64,000 nt of DNA from Syntrophaceae bacterium (GCA_003142535.1 PLMQ01000053.1:16435-80434), one strand, 5' to 3'; positions 36,697 through 45,857 are shown, counted from the stretch's first letter. Program-made: numbers and translations. The notes: generated from the letters alone by a model not told the origin.

Positions 36697-37593
36697 GTGA
36701 GAAAACATCCGGTAATTTTTGGAATGCTTTTACTTATTGCGCTGGGAGTTATATTTTATATTTTCTTATTCAGAGCAGGTTCTTACTCCGGCAAAAGTAA
36801 AAGTTTTTCGTTAAATGATAAAATCGGCGTTGTGAATATCAATGGCATTATTCATGATTCCATAGATGCAGTTCAGCAATTGGAAGATCATGGCCGGGAC
36901 GATTCGATTGTTGCGGTCGTGTTGCGTATTGATTCGCCGGGTGGTGGTGTAGCCGCTTCGCAGGAAATATACGATGCCGTTATAGAACTGAAAAAAAAGA
37001 AAAAAGTGGTAGCATCAATGGGGTCTGTAGCCGCTTCCGGTGGATTATTAATAGCGTGTAGTGCGGATAAAATAGTAGCCAATTCCGGAACAATAACTGG
37101 CAGCATTTCCGCTATTATGCAGTTTGCGAACGTTGAAGAGCTGCTCAAGAAAGTCGGATTGAAATCATCGGTAGTAAAAAGCGGTAAGTATAAAGACATT
37201 GGCTCTCCATTGAGAGAGATGACTCCGGATGAAAGAAAAATAATTCAGGATTTGGTTGATGATATTTTCAACCAATTTGTTGATGTAATTGTTCGTGATC
37301 GGAAGATATCACGCGAAAAAGTTATCCAGATTGCCGATGGCAGGGTGTTTTCGGGACGTAAGGCAAAAGAATATGGTTTGGTGGATCAACTGGGTGATAT
37401 GGCGTCGGCTGCCAGATTGGCAAGCCAATTGGCGGGCAGGGATGGAAAATATGAGTTGGTGTATCCGCGCAAGAAGCGGGCATCATTTTTTGATTATATA
37501 TTTGAAAGTGCAGCAAACCAGCTGAGCCGTTCCCTTAAAGAAAAGGCAGAAGGGTGGGGTGGTGTCGGTTATTTATATTATCCGTCCATGTAA
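36697..37593 (+). CDS. sppA: Signal peptide peptidase SppA, 36K type
   Basis: S49 family blocks IDSPGGGV and SMGSVAASGGLLIACSADKIVA, with an N-terminal TM segment. Confidence 0.85.
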   Translation: MRKHPVIFGMLLLIALGVIFYIFLFRAGSYSGKSKSFSLNDKIGVVNINGIIHDSIDAVQQLEDHGRDDSIVAVVLRIDSPGGGVAASQEIYDAVIELKKKKKVVASMGSVAASGGLLIACSADKIVANSGTITGSISAIMQFANVEELLKKVGLKSSVVKSGKYKDIGSPLREMTPDERKIIQDLVDDIFNQFVDVIVRDRKISREKVIQIADGRVFSGRKAKEYGLVDQLGDMASAARLASQLAGRDGKYELVYPRKKRASFFDYIFESAANQLSRSLKEKAEGWGGVGYLYYPSM

Positions 37594-37607
37594 TGGTGAA
37601 ATTTATT

Positions 37608-37892
37608 ATGACTAGAAATGATTTAATTAAAAAGCTGCAGGAAATGTTGAAAGTATATCCGCAAAAAGATATTGCCTACGCAGTAAAAATAATGTTTGAC
37701 TCAATGGTCGAAGCGCTGAAACGTGAAGAGCGTATTGAAATAAGAGGCTTTGGAAATTTCACAATCAGAGAAAGAAAATCCCGCACAGGCCGTAATCCTA
37801 AATCCGGTGCCGAAGTAAAATTGGAAAAGAGAAAAGTTCCATTTTTTAAAACAGGTAAAGAACTGCGCCTGATGGTAAATAATAAAAAATGA
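37608..37892 (+). CDS. ihfB: Integration host factor beta subunit (HU/IHF family)
   Basis: ERIEIRGFGNF..RTGRNPKSG..VPFFKTGKELR closely parallels E. coli IhfB. Position downstream of rpsA. Confidence 0.85.
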   Translation: MTRNDLIKKLQEMLKVYPQKDIAYAVKIMFDSMVEALKREERIEIRGFGNFTIRERKSRTGRNPKSGAEVKLEKRKVPFFKTGKELRLMVNNKK

Positions 37893-38662
37893 ATTTTAAG
37901 ACATTAATAGTCGAAATTAATAACAAGTGTGCGGTAGTAAAATTAAACCGCCCCGATGAAATGAATGCTATTTCCCGCGAAATGCGGCATGAACTATTTG
38001 ATGTTTTCGAAAAACTTGAACTTGATCAGGAAGTAAATGCGGTAATTTTGACAGGTGGAGAATATGTTTTTTCTGCAGGGATGGACATAAAAGAAATGTC
38101 CGCATTACCTGATGCAGAGATTGATGAATATTTCGAATCAATTAGAAAGTATTTGAAAAAGATTTATGCCTGTAGAAAGCCGGTGATTGCTGCTGTTGGC
38201 GGGATTGCTTTGGGTGGTGGATTCAATTTAGTTACGGTTTGTGACCTGGTTGTTGCTTCTGAGAGCGCCATTTTCTGTCATCCGGAACTGAAGTTCGGAT
38301 TGAATCCCCTTTTCTACCCTTTAAGCCAGATTATAGGCGTTACCAAGGCTAAAGAAATAGTAATGTTAGGAGAACCCATCGGAGCCAATGAGGCATTGAA
38401 AATAGGGTTGATCAACAAAGTAGCGCCTCCGGAGAAATTTATGGAAGAAGCGCAAAATATGGCTGAGGTATTAACGAAGCGTTCCCCCAAAGCTTTTGAG
38501 GAGTTGAAGCATCTATGCTCAATTGTACCGCATATGGATAAAATGACGGCACTCGATTTAGAATGCACGATCGGTGCAAAGTTATTTGCCCGCGATGAAC
38601 GCAAAATTCATATGAATGAAGTGCTTTTTTTAGAAAGATTACGTAAGAAAAAGCAGAAGTAG
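37889..38662 (+). CDS. Enoyl-CoA hydratase/isomerase (crotonase) family protein
   Basis: FSAGMDIKEM and AAVGGIALGGGFNLVTVCDL oxyanion-hole blocks. Confidence 0.8.
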   Translation: MNFKTLIVEINNKCAVVKLNRPDEMNAISREMRHELFDVFEKLELDQEVNAVILTGGEYVFSAGMDIKEMSALPDAEIDEYFESIRKYLKKIYACRKPVIAAVGGIALGGGFNLVTVCDLVVASESAIFCHPELKFGLNPLFYPLSQIIGVTKAKEIVMLGEPIGANEALKIGLINKVAPPEKFMEEAQNMAEVLTKRSPKAFEELKHLCSIVPHMDKMTALDLECTIGAKLFARDERKIHMNEVLFLERLRKKKQK

Positions 38663-38685
38663 TATCACCCGCCTTTAATTAATTA

Positions 38686-38970
38686 TTATAAATTATCCCA
38701 GTCGTTTCCCGGTGCTGCAAAATCTTTTAACTGGTCTCTTCTTTTCTTATGTTGGAGCTTCTTCAAGGCTTTGGCTTCAATTTGACGGATTCTTTCACGT
38801 GTTACACCCATCATATCGCCCACTTCTTCCAGAGTGAATGGCCCATAATTGCAGGCAACCCAGGTGCAATTAAGGAAAGCCTCGTTCTTCAGACGCCACT
38901 CACATGTAGTGTCCAAGCACACTTCAGCGATCAAACTACCCCTTTTTTTGCACTTATATGTATTAATCAT
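38686..38970 (-). CDS. Small Cys-rich protein with sigma-70 region-4-like HTH
   Basis: [26 protein letters not shown] is a region 4.2-type HTH. The N-terminal 40 aa carry 5 Cys. Confidence 0.6.
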   Translation of the reverse strand: MINTYKCKKRGSLIAEVCLDTTCEWRLKNEAFLNCTWVACNYGPFTLEEVGDMMGVTRERIRQIEAKALKKLQHKKRRDQLKDFAAPGNDWDNL

Positions 38971-39159
38971 GAATTAAACCCCTCATTAATGTATAATAAA
39001 TTGCGTCTTCTTATTGTTGTTTGTTTTTTTTGTCAATGAAAATATATAATTATTATTCCTTTTGTGAGAAGATAACTATTAATTTCAGAAAATCAAGAGA
39101 TGTTTGTGGCTGGCGATAATTCGTTGTTAATATCGCAGTAGGGAAGAGATATGAAGAAG

Positions 39160-39280
39160 ATCAAAGATGATATATATTTTATTCGTGAAACTCCAATTCT
39201 GAAAGCGAAGCGTAGCGGAATTGGCAAGTTGAATCCGCCTATGGCGGACTACGCAATCCCGCGATGCAGAGGTTAGTGAT
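39160..39280 (+). repeat. Chimeric repeat: 14-nt Rep-A left-arm fragment joined to a Rep-B element
   Basis: ATCAAAGATGATAT (39160-39173) equals the Rep-A left arm. TTCGTGAAACTCCAATTCTGAAAGCGAAGCGTAGCGGAATTGGCAAGT.. runs from 39182. Confidence 0.7.
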
Positions 39281-39354
39281 AATGAAATTTTAAAGCGCAG
39301 TGAATTAAAATTTGTCAGTTGAACTATCTCATAAATGCAGGAAAAACCTACGAT

Positions 39355-39687
39355 TTAAAAAGATATTTTCTCCGGTGGCCTTTTTTCCGGTACATATCGA
39401 TGTTCAATTTTACCTTCATTCCATTCCCGCGATACATATAGATTACAATAACAACTTCCGTATTCTTTAACGTCTTCCTGCCGGTAAGCGCATGGACAAA
39501 ATATGTCACGATCCTTATCGCGGTCACCTGTGGCCAGGCGGCAGGGACAGGAAGTATAACCGTAGCGCTTTTTATTGACCAGAAGATCGTTTAAAATTGT
39601 CAGAGCCCAATCCTTGTCCCGGTTAAAGAAAAATCCTTTGGGTTCCTGCACTTTTTTAAGCATTTCATAAAGTTCGGTAGGAGTCAT
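39355..39687 (-). CDS. Ferredoxin:thioredoxin reductase catalytic-subunit-like protein
   Basis: CPCRL..CPC..C.C cysteine pattern (SCPCRLATG, IFCPCAY, GSCYCNLY) of the FTR catalytic chain. Confidence 0.8.
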   Translation of the reverse strand: MTPTELYEMLKKVQEPKGFFFNRDKDWALTILNDLLVNKKRYGYTSCPCRLATGDRDKDRDIFCPCAYRQEDVKEYGSCYCNLYVSREWNEGKIEHRYVPEKRPPEKISF

Positions 39688-39688
39688 C

Positions 39689-39940
39689 TTAAATGCCCAG
39701 AGCCCTTTTTATGTCAGATTCCCGGAAACCAACTATAATTTTGTCGCCAATGATAATCGTAGGAAAAGATCGCTGAGGATTATATTTAACAACTTCCCGC
39801 AAAATATTTTCCTTATCAGTATTTTGCAGCAAATCAACATCAATGAATTCAAAGGAGATGCCATTATCATTCAGGAATTTTTTTGCTGCTCTACAATGGC
39901 TGCATGTACTCAACGTATACATTTTCACTTTGTGAACCAT
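39689..39940 (-). CDS. Glutaredoxin/NrdH-like small redoxin
   Basis: CSHC active site in a thioredoxin-fold context (VKMYTLSTCSHCRAAKKFL). 1-nt gap to the FTR-like gene. Confidence 0.75.
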   Translation of the reverse strand: MVHKVKMYTLSTCSHCRAAKKFLNDNGISFEFIDVDLLQNTDKENILREVVKYNPQRSFPTIIIGDKIIVGFRESDIKRALGI

Positions 39941-40132
39941 TTTAGACTCCCATTGAATATTTTCAAAAAATATATATCCATTATGAAGGGACTGTCAAGA
40001 TTATAGTTCAATAATCTAATTATGACAACTGGGTCAATATGAACAGTTCATCCTGAACGTTTAGCCTGGATATTCAAATCATTGATTTCATTAAATCCAC
40101 TGCTGGTGGGCGGTAGCGCCTTACTGGCTTTT

Positions 40133-40148
40133 TGGCATACCAATTGCT
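40133..40148 (+). promoter_or_regulatory. Sigma54 (-24/-12) promoter candidate
   Basis: TGGCATACCAATTGCT versus the consensus TGGCAC-N5-TTGCW. GG and GC are 12 nt apart. It lies 90 nt upstream of the lipoprotein ATG. Confidence 0.4.
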
Positions 40149-40237
40149 ATACATTGAAATGAAGTGACAGATTATCTTTTTTAATCTAACTTTTTTGTAA
40201 ATTATTGAATTATTCAGTCTGATGCTAAGGAGGGGCT

Positions 40238-40939
40238 ATGAAAGTAACAAGGCATATTTTGCTGACTTTAATAATTGCCATTCTTGTTTTCGGTTGTTCG
40301 AAAAAATCGGGCATAGAAGGCAAATTAGTTGACGCTAAAGGTGAGCCCATGTCCGGTATAAAGATGATAGCCAGACAGGTTCAGCCGGTAAAAGGATACG
40401 AGCAATTTGAAGCCGTCACAGGCACGGATGGTTATTTTAACTTTCCTAATGTTTATCCGACAGCGGACTATACAATAATGCCCTGGTCGGATAACTGGAA
40501 AACAAGTGTATCTGTTACTATCCGTTCTAGTGCGGAATCACAGGCTGTCAGAATACCGGGGAATATGGTAGTGCGCTTCAGTGTTAATAATGAAGGAATA
40601 ATAACGGATATAAAAACTGGGTTCCAATGGATATCAGCCGCCGACAGAGATGTCAGTTGGTATGCCGCCGATAAATATGCCAAAGGAATAAGGCGCGGTG
40701 GATATGTTGACTGGAGATTGCCGACAAGAAGCGATATGCGCACTCTCTATGACTATTCATTAAAAACGGAATATAAAATCGATCCCATCTTCCAGTATAA
40801 TTCCAGCATCGCCTGGACATCGGAAAATTATGACGAAAAGTCAGCTTATGGTTTTTCCTTCGATAACGGGTTGGAAGACTGGTACAAGCGCGAGCAGACA
40901 AATTGTGATAAAATATTGTTAGTGAGAACACCGCGTTAG
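40238..40939 (+). CDS. Lipoprotein with DUF1566 (Lcl C-terminal)-like domain
   Basis: Lipobox VFGCS, a carboxypeptidase-regulatory-like N-domain (GKLVDAKGEPMSGIKM) and the WRLPTRSDMRTLYD motif. Confidence 0.6.
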   Translation: MKVTRHILLTLIIAILVFGCSKKSGIEGKLVDAKGEPMSGIKMIARQVQPVKGYEQFEAVTGTDGYFNFPNVYPTADYTIMPWSDNWKTSVSVTIRSSAESQAVRIPGNMVVRFSVNNEGIITDIKTGFQWISAADRDVSWYAADKYAKGIRRGGYVDWRLPTRSDMRTLYDYSLKTEYKIDPIFQYNSSIAWTSENYDEKSAYGFSFDNGLEDWYKREQTNCDKILLVRTPR

Positions 40940-41070
40940 AAAATAATACTAATATTTTATGGGAAAAATTTTGTTGAATAAAATAATGCAAAAATAAAAT
41001 ATTAGCTTGACATTTTGCAAAGCAACATATAAAAAGACGCGTTCTTCAACAAAGGCTCGTTCTATGGTGG

Positions 41071-41115
41071 ATCCCCCCATCTGGCAGAGACTCTTCCAAA
41101 TGAGGGGATTTTTTT
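41071..41115 (+). terminator. Rho-independent terminator (end of a candidate small RNA or leader)
   Basis: ATCCCCCCATCTGG (loop CAGAGACTCTT) CCAAATGAGGGGAT followed by a 7-T run. Confidence 0.55.
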
Positions 41116-41125
41116 ATAATGAGTC

Positions 41126-41199
41126 CCGAGTTTCAGAAACGAAGTGCACTGAAACTAGTAGGACGAATTATCCCCGGAGCGAAGCGTAAGGGGATAATC
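41126..41199 (+). repeat. Rep-B-related double hairpin
   Basis: AGTTTCAG..CTGAAACT and ATTATCCCC..GGGGATAAT hairpins around the GAGCGAAGCGTAAG core shared with Rep-B modules. Confidence 0.6.
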
Positions 41200-41253
41200 A
41201 GACACAAATTTAGTAATCATTAAAAAAGAAGATTATTTAAGGGAAAGGGTAAA

Positions 41254-43341
41254 ATGAAAATCGATGATCAAAAAATTCGCAATATCGGTATAAGCGCTCA
41301 TATTGATTCCGGTAAAACGACGCTTACTGAAAGGATTCTTTTTTACACCAAGAGAATTCATGCCATTCATGACGTTAAAGGAAAAGACGGTGTGGGGGCG
41401 ACGATGGATTCCATGGAACTGGAAAAGGAACGCGGAATTACGATTGCATCTGCCGCAACGTATTGCGAATGGAATGGCTATGAGATTAATATTATCGATA
41501 CTCCGGGACATGTTGATTTCACTATAGAAGTCGAACGGTCTCTCCGGGTCCTCGACGGCGCAATTCTGGTTTTATGTGCGGTCGGCGGCGTTCAATCGCA
41601 ATCGATTACCGTTGATCAGCAAATGAAAAGATACAAGGTGCCTTGTATTGCCTTTATTAATAAGTGCGACCGCAGCGGTGCTAATCCTTTCCGTGTCATC
41701 GGTCAACTCAAAACAAAACTCGGGCATAATGCCGTAGCCATGCAGATTCCCATCGGTCTGGAAAATGAGGCAGAAGGTGTCGTCGATTTGGTCAACATGA
41801 AAGCCCTTTATTTTGACGGAGACAATGGAGAGAAAGTCCGCACCGAAGAAATTCCGCAAAATCTTCTGGAAGAGGCAAAAGCCAAAAGAGAAGAATTAAT
41901 TGATGCCGCATCGTTATTTTCTGATGAACTGACGGAAGCCAGCCTGGAGGAAAAAGAAATAACGCCGCAAATGCTTTATACAGCAGTGCGTAAAGGTACC
42001 TTAAAGAGAGAAATTACTCCCGTTTATATGGGATCAGCTTATAAAAACAAGGCCGTTCAACCCATGCTCGACGGCGTGACATATCTTTTACCATGCCCAT
42101 CGGAGGTTGAGAATATTGCGCTGGATATGGAAAAGAATGAAGAGCAGGTAATCCTGGAAAATGATCCTGACAAACCGATAGTCGCACTGGCATTCAAACT
42201 GGAAGATGGCAAATACGGCCAATTGACATATATCCGCGTTTATCAGGGAACCGTTGCCAAAGGTTCGACAATTGTTAATGTTCGTAGCGGCAAAAAGGTC
42301 AAGGTTGGCCGCGTTGTCCGTATGCATGCCGATCAGATGGAAGAAGTCGAATACCTGCACTCGGGTTATATCGGTGCTCTGTTTGGAATTGAATGCTCAT
42401 CCGGCGATACTTTTGTTTCTCCGGGTATCAACTTGAGCCTGACTTCCATGTATGTTCCGAAGCCCGTTATTTCGCTGGCTATTGCGCCTAAGGACAATAA
42501 ATCGCAAATGTCCATGTCCAAGGCTCTAAATCGGTTCTCCAAGGAAGACCCGACCTTTAAAACATTTGTTGATCCGGAAACCAATGAAACAATTATTGAA
42601 GGAATGGGCGAGCTGCATCTGGATATTTATGTGGAAAGAATGCGGCGGGAATACGGAGCCGATGTTACTACAGGCAATCCGCGCGTTGCTTATCGCGAAA
42701 CCATTACTCAGCGTGCCGATTTCAATTATACTCATAGGAAGCAAACCGGTGGCGCCGGCCAGTTCGGCCGCATTGCCGGTTATCTTGAACCGATTAGTGA
42801 TGCGGAATTTGTATTTGAAAACAAAATATTCGGCGGCTCTATTCCCACTCAATATATCTCAGCCTGCGAAAAAGGATTTAAGCAGAGCATGGAAAAAGGA
42901 CCAAAATTGGAATTCCCAATTACCGGAGTGAAGGTTGTAATTAATGATGGCGCTTCTCATGCTGTGGATTCTTCGGATATGGCCTTCCAAGCCGCAGCAC
43001 GCGGTGCTTTCCGGGATGCCTATCTTCGGGCCAAGCCGGTAATTCATGAGCCGATTATGAAAGTCGTTGTGGAAACTCCACCGGAGTTTCAGGGCCCGGT
43101 TATGGGTTTGTTGAATCAGCGTCGCGGCATGATTGTTGGTTCGCAGGACGAAGGCGTTATGTGTGTAATTGAATCGCAGATGCCGCTGGCGGAAATGTTC
43201 GGTTTTTCTACAGTATTGCGTTCGTCAACACAGGGGAAAGCGCAGTTTACAATGGAATTTGCTTATTACCGTCAGGTTCCGCAGTCGATTGCTGAAAAGA
43301 TAGCGTTGGAAGTGGCTGCCAATAAGAAATCAGCAGCATAA
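41254..43341 (+). CDS. fusA: Elongation factor G paralog (not in an str-operon context)
   Basis: [25 protein letters not shown] and NKCDR G-motifs. 695 aa. No rpsL/rpsG/tuf neighbours. Confidence 0.9.
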   Translation: MKIDDQKIRNIGISAHIDSGKTTLTERILFYTKRIHAIHDVKGKDGVGATMDSMELEKERGITIASAATYCEWNGYEINIIDTPGHVDFTIEVERSLRVLDGAILVLCAVGGVQSQSITVDQQMKRYKVPCIAFINKCDRSGANPFRVIGQLKTKLGHNAVAMQIPIGLENEAEGVVDLVNMKALYFDGDNGEKVRTEEIPQNLLEEAKAKREELIDAASLFSDELTEASLEEKEITPQMLYTAVRKGTLKREITPVYMGSAYKNKAVQPMLDGVTYLLPCPSEVENIALDMEKNEEQVILENDPDKPIVALAFKLEDGKYGQLTYIRVYQGTVAKGSTIVNVRSGKKVKVGRVVRMHADQMEEVEYLHSGYIGALFGIECSSGDTFVSPGINLSLTSMYVPKPVISLAIAPKDNKSQMSMSKALNRFSKEDPTFKTFVDPETNETIIEGMGELHLDIYVERMRREYGADVTTGNPRVAYRETITQRADFNYTHRKQTGGAGQFGRIAGYLEPISDAEFVFENKIFGGSIPTQYISACEKGFKQSMEKGPKLEFPITGVKVVINDGASHAVDSSDMAFQAAARGAFRDAYLRAKPVIHEPIMKVVVETPPEFQGPVMGLLNQRRGMIVGSQDEGVMCVIESQMPLAEMFGFSTVLRSSTQGKAQFTMEFAYYRQVPQSIAEKIALEVAANKKSAA

Positions 43342-43350
43342 TACTAGAAA

Positions 43351-44121
43351 ATGCTAAAAAATAATTTCGCGTTAAGACGTGAAGAAAATATAATTCACTT
43401 AACTTATAAGGATATCGTGATGCTGAAAAAAGAAATCATATACCGTAATCCACTGTTAAATCTTGGTTATGAACATGAAGACATTTTGCCCAACGGAGGA
43501 TTAGGCGCCGTTCTGGCACATGCCGGAGTAGGCAAAACCGCCCTGCTTGTTCAGTTGGCTTTAAATATGATGATCAGAGAGGAATCTGTCATGCACGTAA
43601 GCCTGCAGGATGCGGTAAGCAAAGTTGACCTCTGGTATCATGAACTGTTTCATAACATTGCCGGAAATTTCAGTGAAGCCGAAATTAAGGAATACTGGGA
43701 TAAAATTCAGCCTTACCGTTTCATCATGACCTTCCGGGTGGAAAGCTTCAGTGTTCCCACGCTGGAAGAACGCCTGACCGACCTGATGCAGCAGAATATT
43801 TTCAAGCCGCATACCGTTATTATTGATGGCTTGAAGTTTGATGAAGCAGGCCGCGGCCAGCTTGTCCTTTTAAAAGAACTGGCAAAAAAATATGCTATGC
43901 GCATCTGGTTTACTGTCCATGAGCACCTCAATGAAAAACCGGCGGAAAATGGTCTGCCTGTTTCGTTTCAGCACGTTACCGATCTCTTTGATGTCATTGT
44001 TCAACTGGAAGCAAAAGGCGAGGACGTCTATATTAAAGCCTTAAAAGGGAAATCGTCCAACGCCAAGCCGCAAACATTGCTGCTTGATCCCGCAACTATG
44101 CTGATTAAAGACGGCAAATAG
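43351..44121 (+). CDS. RecA/KaiC-fold P-loop ATPase, unknown function
   Basis: Walker A AHAGVGKTALL and Walker B-like HTVIIDGL. An alternative start, ATG 43420, follows AAGGA. Confidence 0.5.
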   Translation: MLKNNFALRREENIIHLTYKDIVMLKKEIIYRNPLLNLGYEHEDILPNGGLGAVLAHAGVGKTALLVQLALNMMIREESVMHVSLQDAVSKVDLWYHELFHNIAGNFSEAEIKEYWDKIQPYRFIMTFRVESFSVPTLEERLTDLMQQNIFKPHTVIIDGLKFDEAGRGQLVLLKELAKKYAMRIWFTVHEHLNEKPAENGLPVSFQHVTDLFDVIVQLEAKGEDVYIKALKGKSSNAKPQTLLLDPATMLIKDGK

Positions 44122-44150
44122 AAGCGGCTGCGTCGAGCCTTTTCTAATAG

Positions 44151-44960
44151 ATCGCATCGTCAACCTATGACGGTTCGGACAATCTGATTGTGCTGTTTAA
44201 CTATGCCGACGGCAGGATGCCGATATCCATGACGGCTGGCGGAAGTACTTATTATCTGACTTATGATCAGGTCGGTTCATTAAGAGCAGTAACGGACACA
44301 GCAGGTAACACAATAAAAAGAGTTGACTATGATTCATTTGGGAATATAATTACAGATACGAATCCGACATTCAATGTGATGTTAGGATTTGCAGGCGGCC
44401 TGACTGATCCTGACACGGGATTGATTCACTTTGGCTACCGTGATTACAATCCTGACACTGGCAGATGGACGGCCAAAGATCCGATACTGTTTGCTGGTGG
44501 TGACACTGATCTTTATGGGTATGTCTTAAATGATCCGATTAGATTTGTGGATCCGGTCGGATTATGGCGCTTGCCAGATTATTGGTCGGGTAATCTTAAC
44601 ATAGGAATTCCGGGAACAGGCGGATTACTCAGTTGGTCAATTACTGCAAGCCTTGACCGTTATGGAAACTGGTACTGGAGTATATTGGGCATAGGTTTCG
44701 GAAAAGCATTCTGGGAAGGCGCATCATATAGCGTCACAGCGAACTGGCTTAATCAGCGAAGCCAGCCGTGCGAGGAGTAACTTCAGAAATTTCTAACAGA
44801 ACACGGCACGAATTTTACAGCTGGGGCTGGGGCTGGTATTTCTGAGTCATGGTCTCCTGGCACTACCACAACAGCCACAGGTTTCGGTCTTGTCTTTCCT
44901 CAAATTGGTATAAGTTATAATTATTCTTTCCTAGGGGGGAACACTGGGGCACGATGGTGA
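44151..44960 (+). pseudogene. Orphan Rhs/YD-repeat C-terminal fragment plus toxin tip, interrupted by an in-frame TAA
   Basis: The frame opens at 44151 with no credible start. YD repeats (YDQVGSL, VDYDSFGN, YRDYNPDTGRW) are present. The core-end motif PIRFVDPVGL ends at 44564. TAA lies at 44778-44780, and the same frame stays open to TGA 44958-44960. Confidence 0.7.
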
Positions 44961-44964
44961 TAAA

Positions 44965-45231
44965 ATGAAAACTGTTGGATTGATAATTACTATTATCGTA
45001 TTGTTTTTCATAGGAATAATGTGCTTATTTTTTCCTGAGAAAGTTCAAGAATTTCAGATTAAATCATTGAGTTGGGGTTTGGGAAAGTATATAAGGCCTA
45101 GTCGCGCCGATAGATTTGTTAAATCATATCAATATATAAGTCATATCAAAGGTTTTGGGTATGTGGCTATTCTTATGGCTTGTTTTCTGACATGGGGATT
45201 TATTCATAAATACATCTTGAAATTAGGGTAA
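44965..45231 (+). CDS. Small two-TM membrane protein, candidate immunity protein
   Basis: ATG lies 4 nt after the extended Rhs-tip frame ends. 88 aa with hydrophobic N- and C-terminal segments. Confidence 0.4.
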   Translation: MKTVGLIITIIVLFFIGIMCLFFPEKVQEFQIKSLSWGLGKYIRPSRADRFVKSYQYISHIKGFGYVAILMACFLTWGFIHKYILKLG

Positions 45232-45365
45232 TGAAAACTTTGGTGTGTCGGGAATCGATTACATTTCTGAGGGAAAGAGGGTCGCTTCTTGACAACTTGA
45301 CATTTGCTCTTTGACAATTAGAACAAGAAATCACCAGAAATCATGGATGCCAATTTGCAGTCAGA

Positions 45366-45473
45366 AGTATACCGCGACGGCAAGGAAGAGGCTCCGCAGG
45401 CGTATATTTGAATACGTTTTTTGAAACCGATGACGAAGCCAACAAAGGTAGACGAATGAATGCTAATTGGTAT
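45366..45473 (+). repeat. Rep-A element, copy 4 (degenerate)
   Basis: GACGGCAAGGAAGAGGCTCCGCAGGCGTAT ATTTGA ATACGT..ACCGATGACGAAGCCAACAAAGGTAGA..AATTGGTAT. Confidence 0.65.
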
Positions 45474-45501
45474 AAGATAACTTTTTTATGGGGAGCAACA
45501 C

Positions 45502-45849
45502 GTGCTATTCAAAGGTCTGGTGACTATTCTGGCTTGCGATCTTATTTTCGCAATTATCGCCATTCCCTTAATTCTCCGAAAAGTGCCAAGAAACTCGGTC
45601 TACGGTTTTCGCACACGATCAACATTAGAAAATGATTTCGTCTGGTATAAAGCAAATGCCTATTTCGGTCGAGTCTTTTTCATCTCCAGTTTTATCTCGG
45701 CGCTATTAATTGTATTCCTTTATTTCTCTTACCTCGGTCCTGTGCAGAATTTCTTAGAGGCCAGTATTGCTGTTTTGGTCGCTCCTCCAATGGTCGCGGT
45801 GTTGTTAACACTCCGCTACATAAGGTCTATTCGTTCCTCGCACCGGTGA
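45502..45849 (+). CDS. SdpI/YhfL-like membrane protein
   Basis: PRNSVYGFRTRSTLENDFVWYKAN resembles the SdpI-family loop motif. 4 TM segments. GTG start. Confidence 0.5.
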   Translation: MLFKGLVTILACDLIFAIIAIPLILRKVPRNSVYGFRTRSTLENDFVWYKANAYFGRVFFISSFISALLIVFLYFSYLGPVQNFLEASIAVLVAPPMVAVLLTLRYIRSIRSSHR

Positions 45850-45857
45850 TTTTTATG

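Noticed and set aside
41007-41189. A 60-aa ORF between the lipoprotein gene and fusA.
   Set aside because: It has no SD. It spans a promoter-like hexamer, an intrinsic terminator and a repeat. It is better explained as non-coding (see the sRNA candidate).
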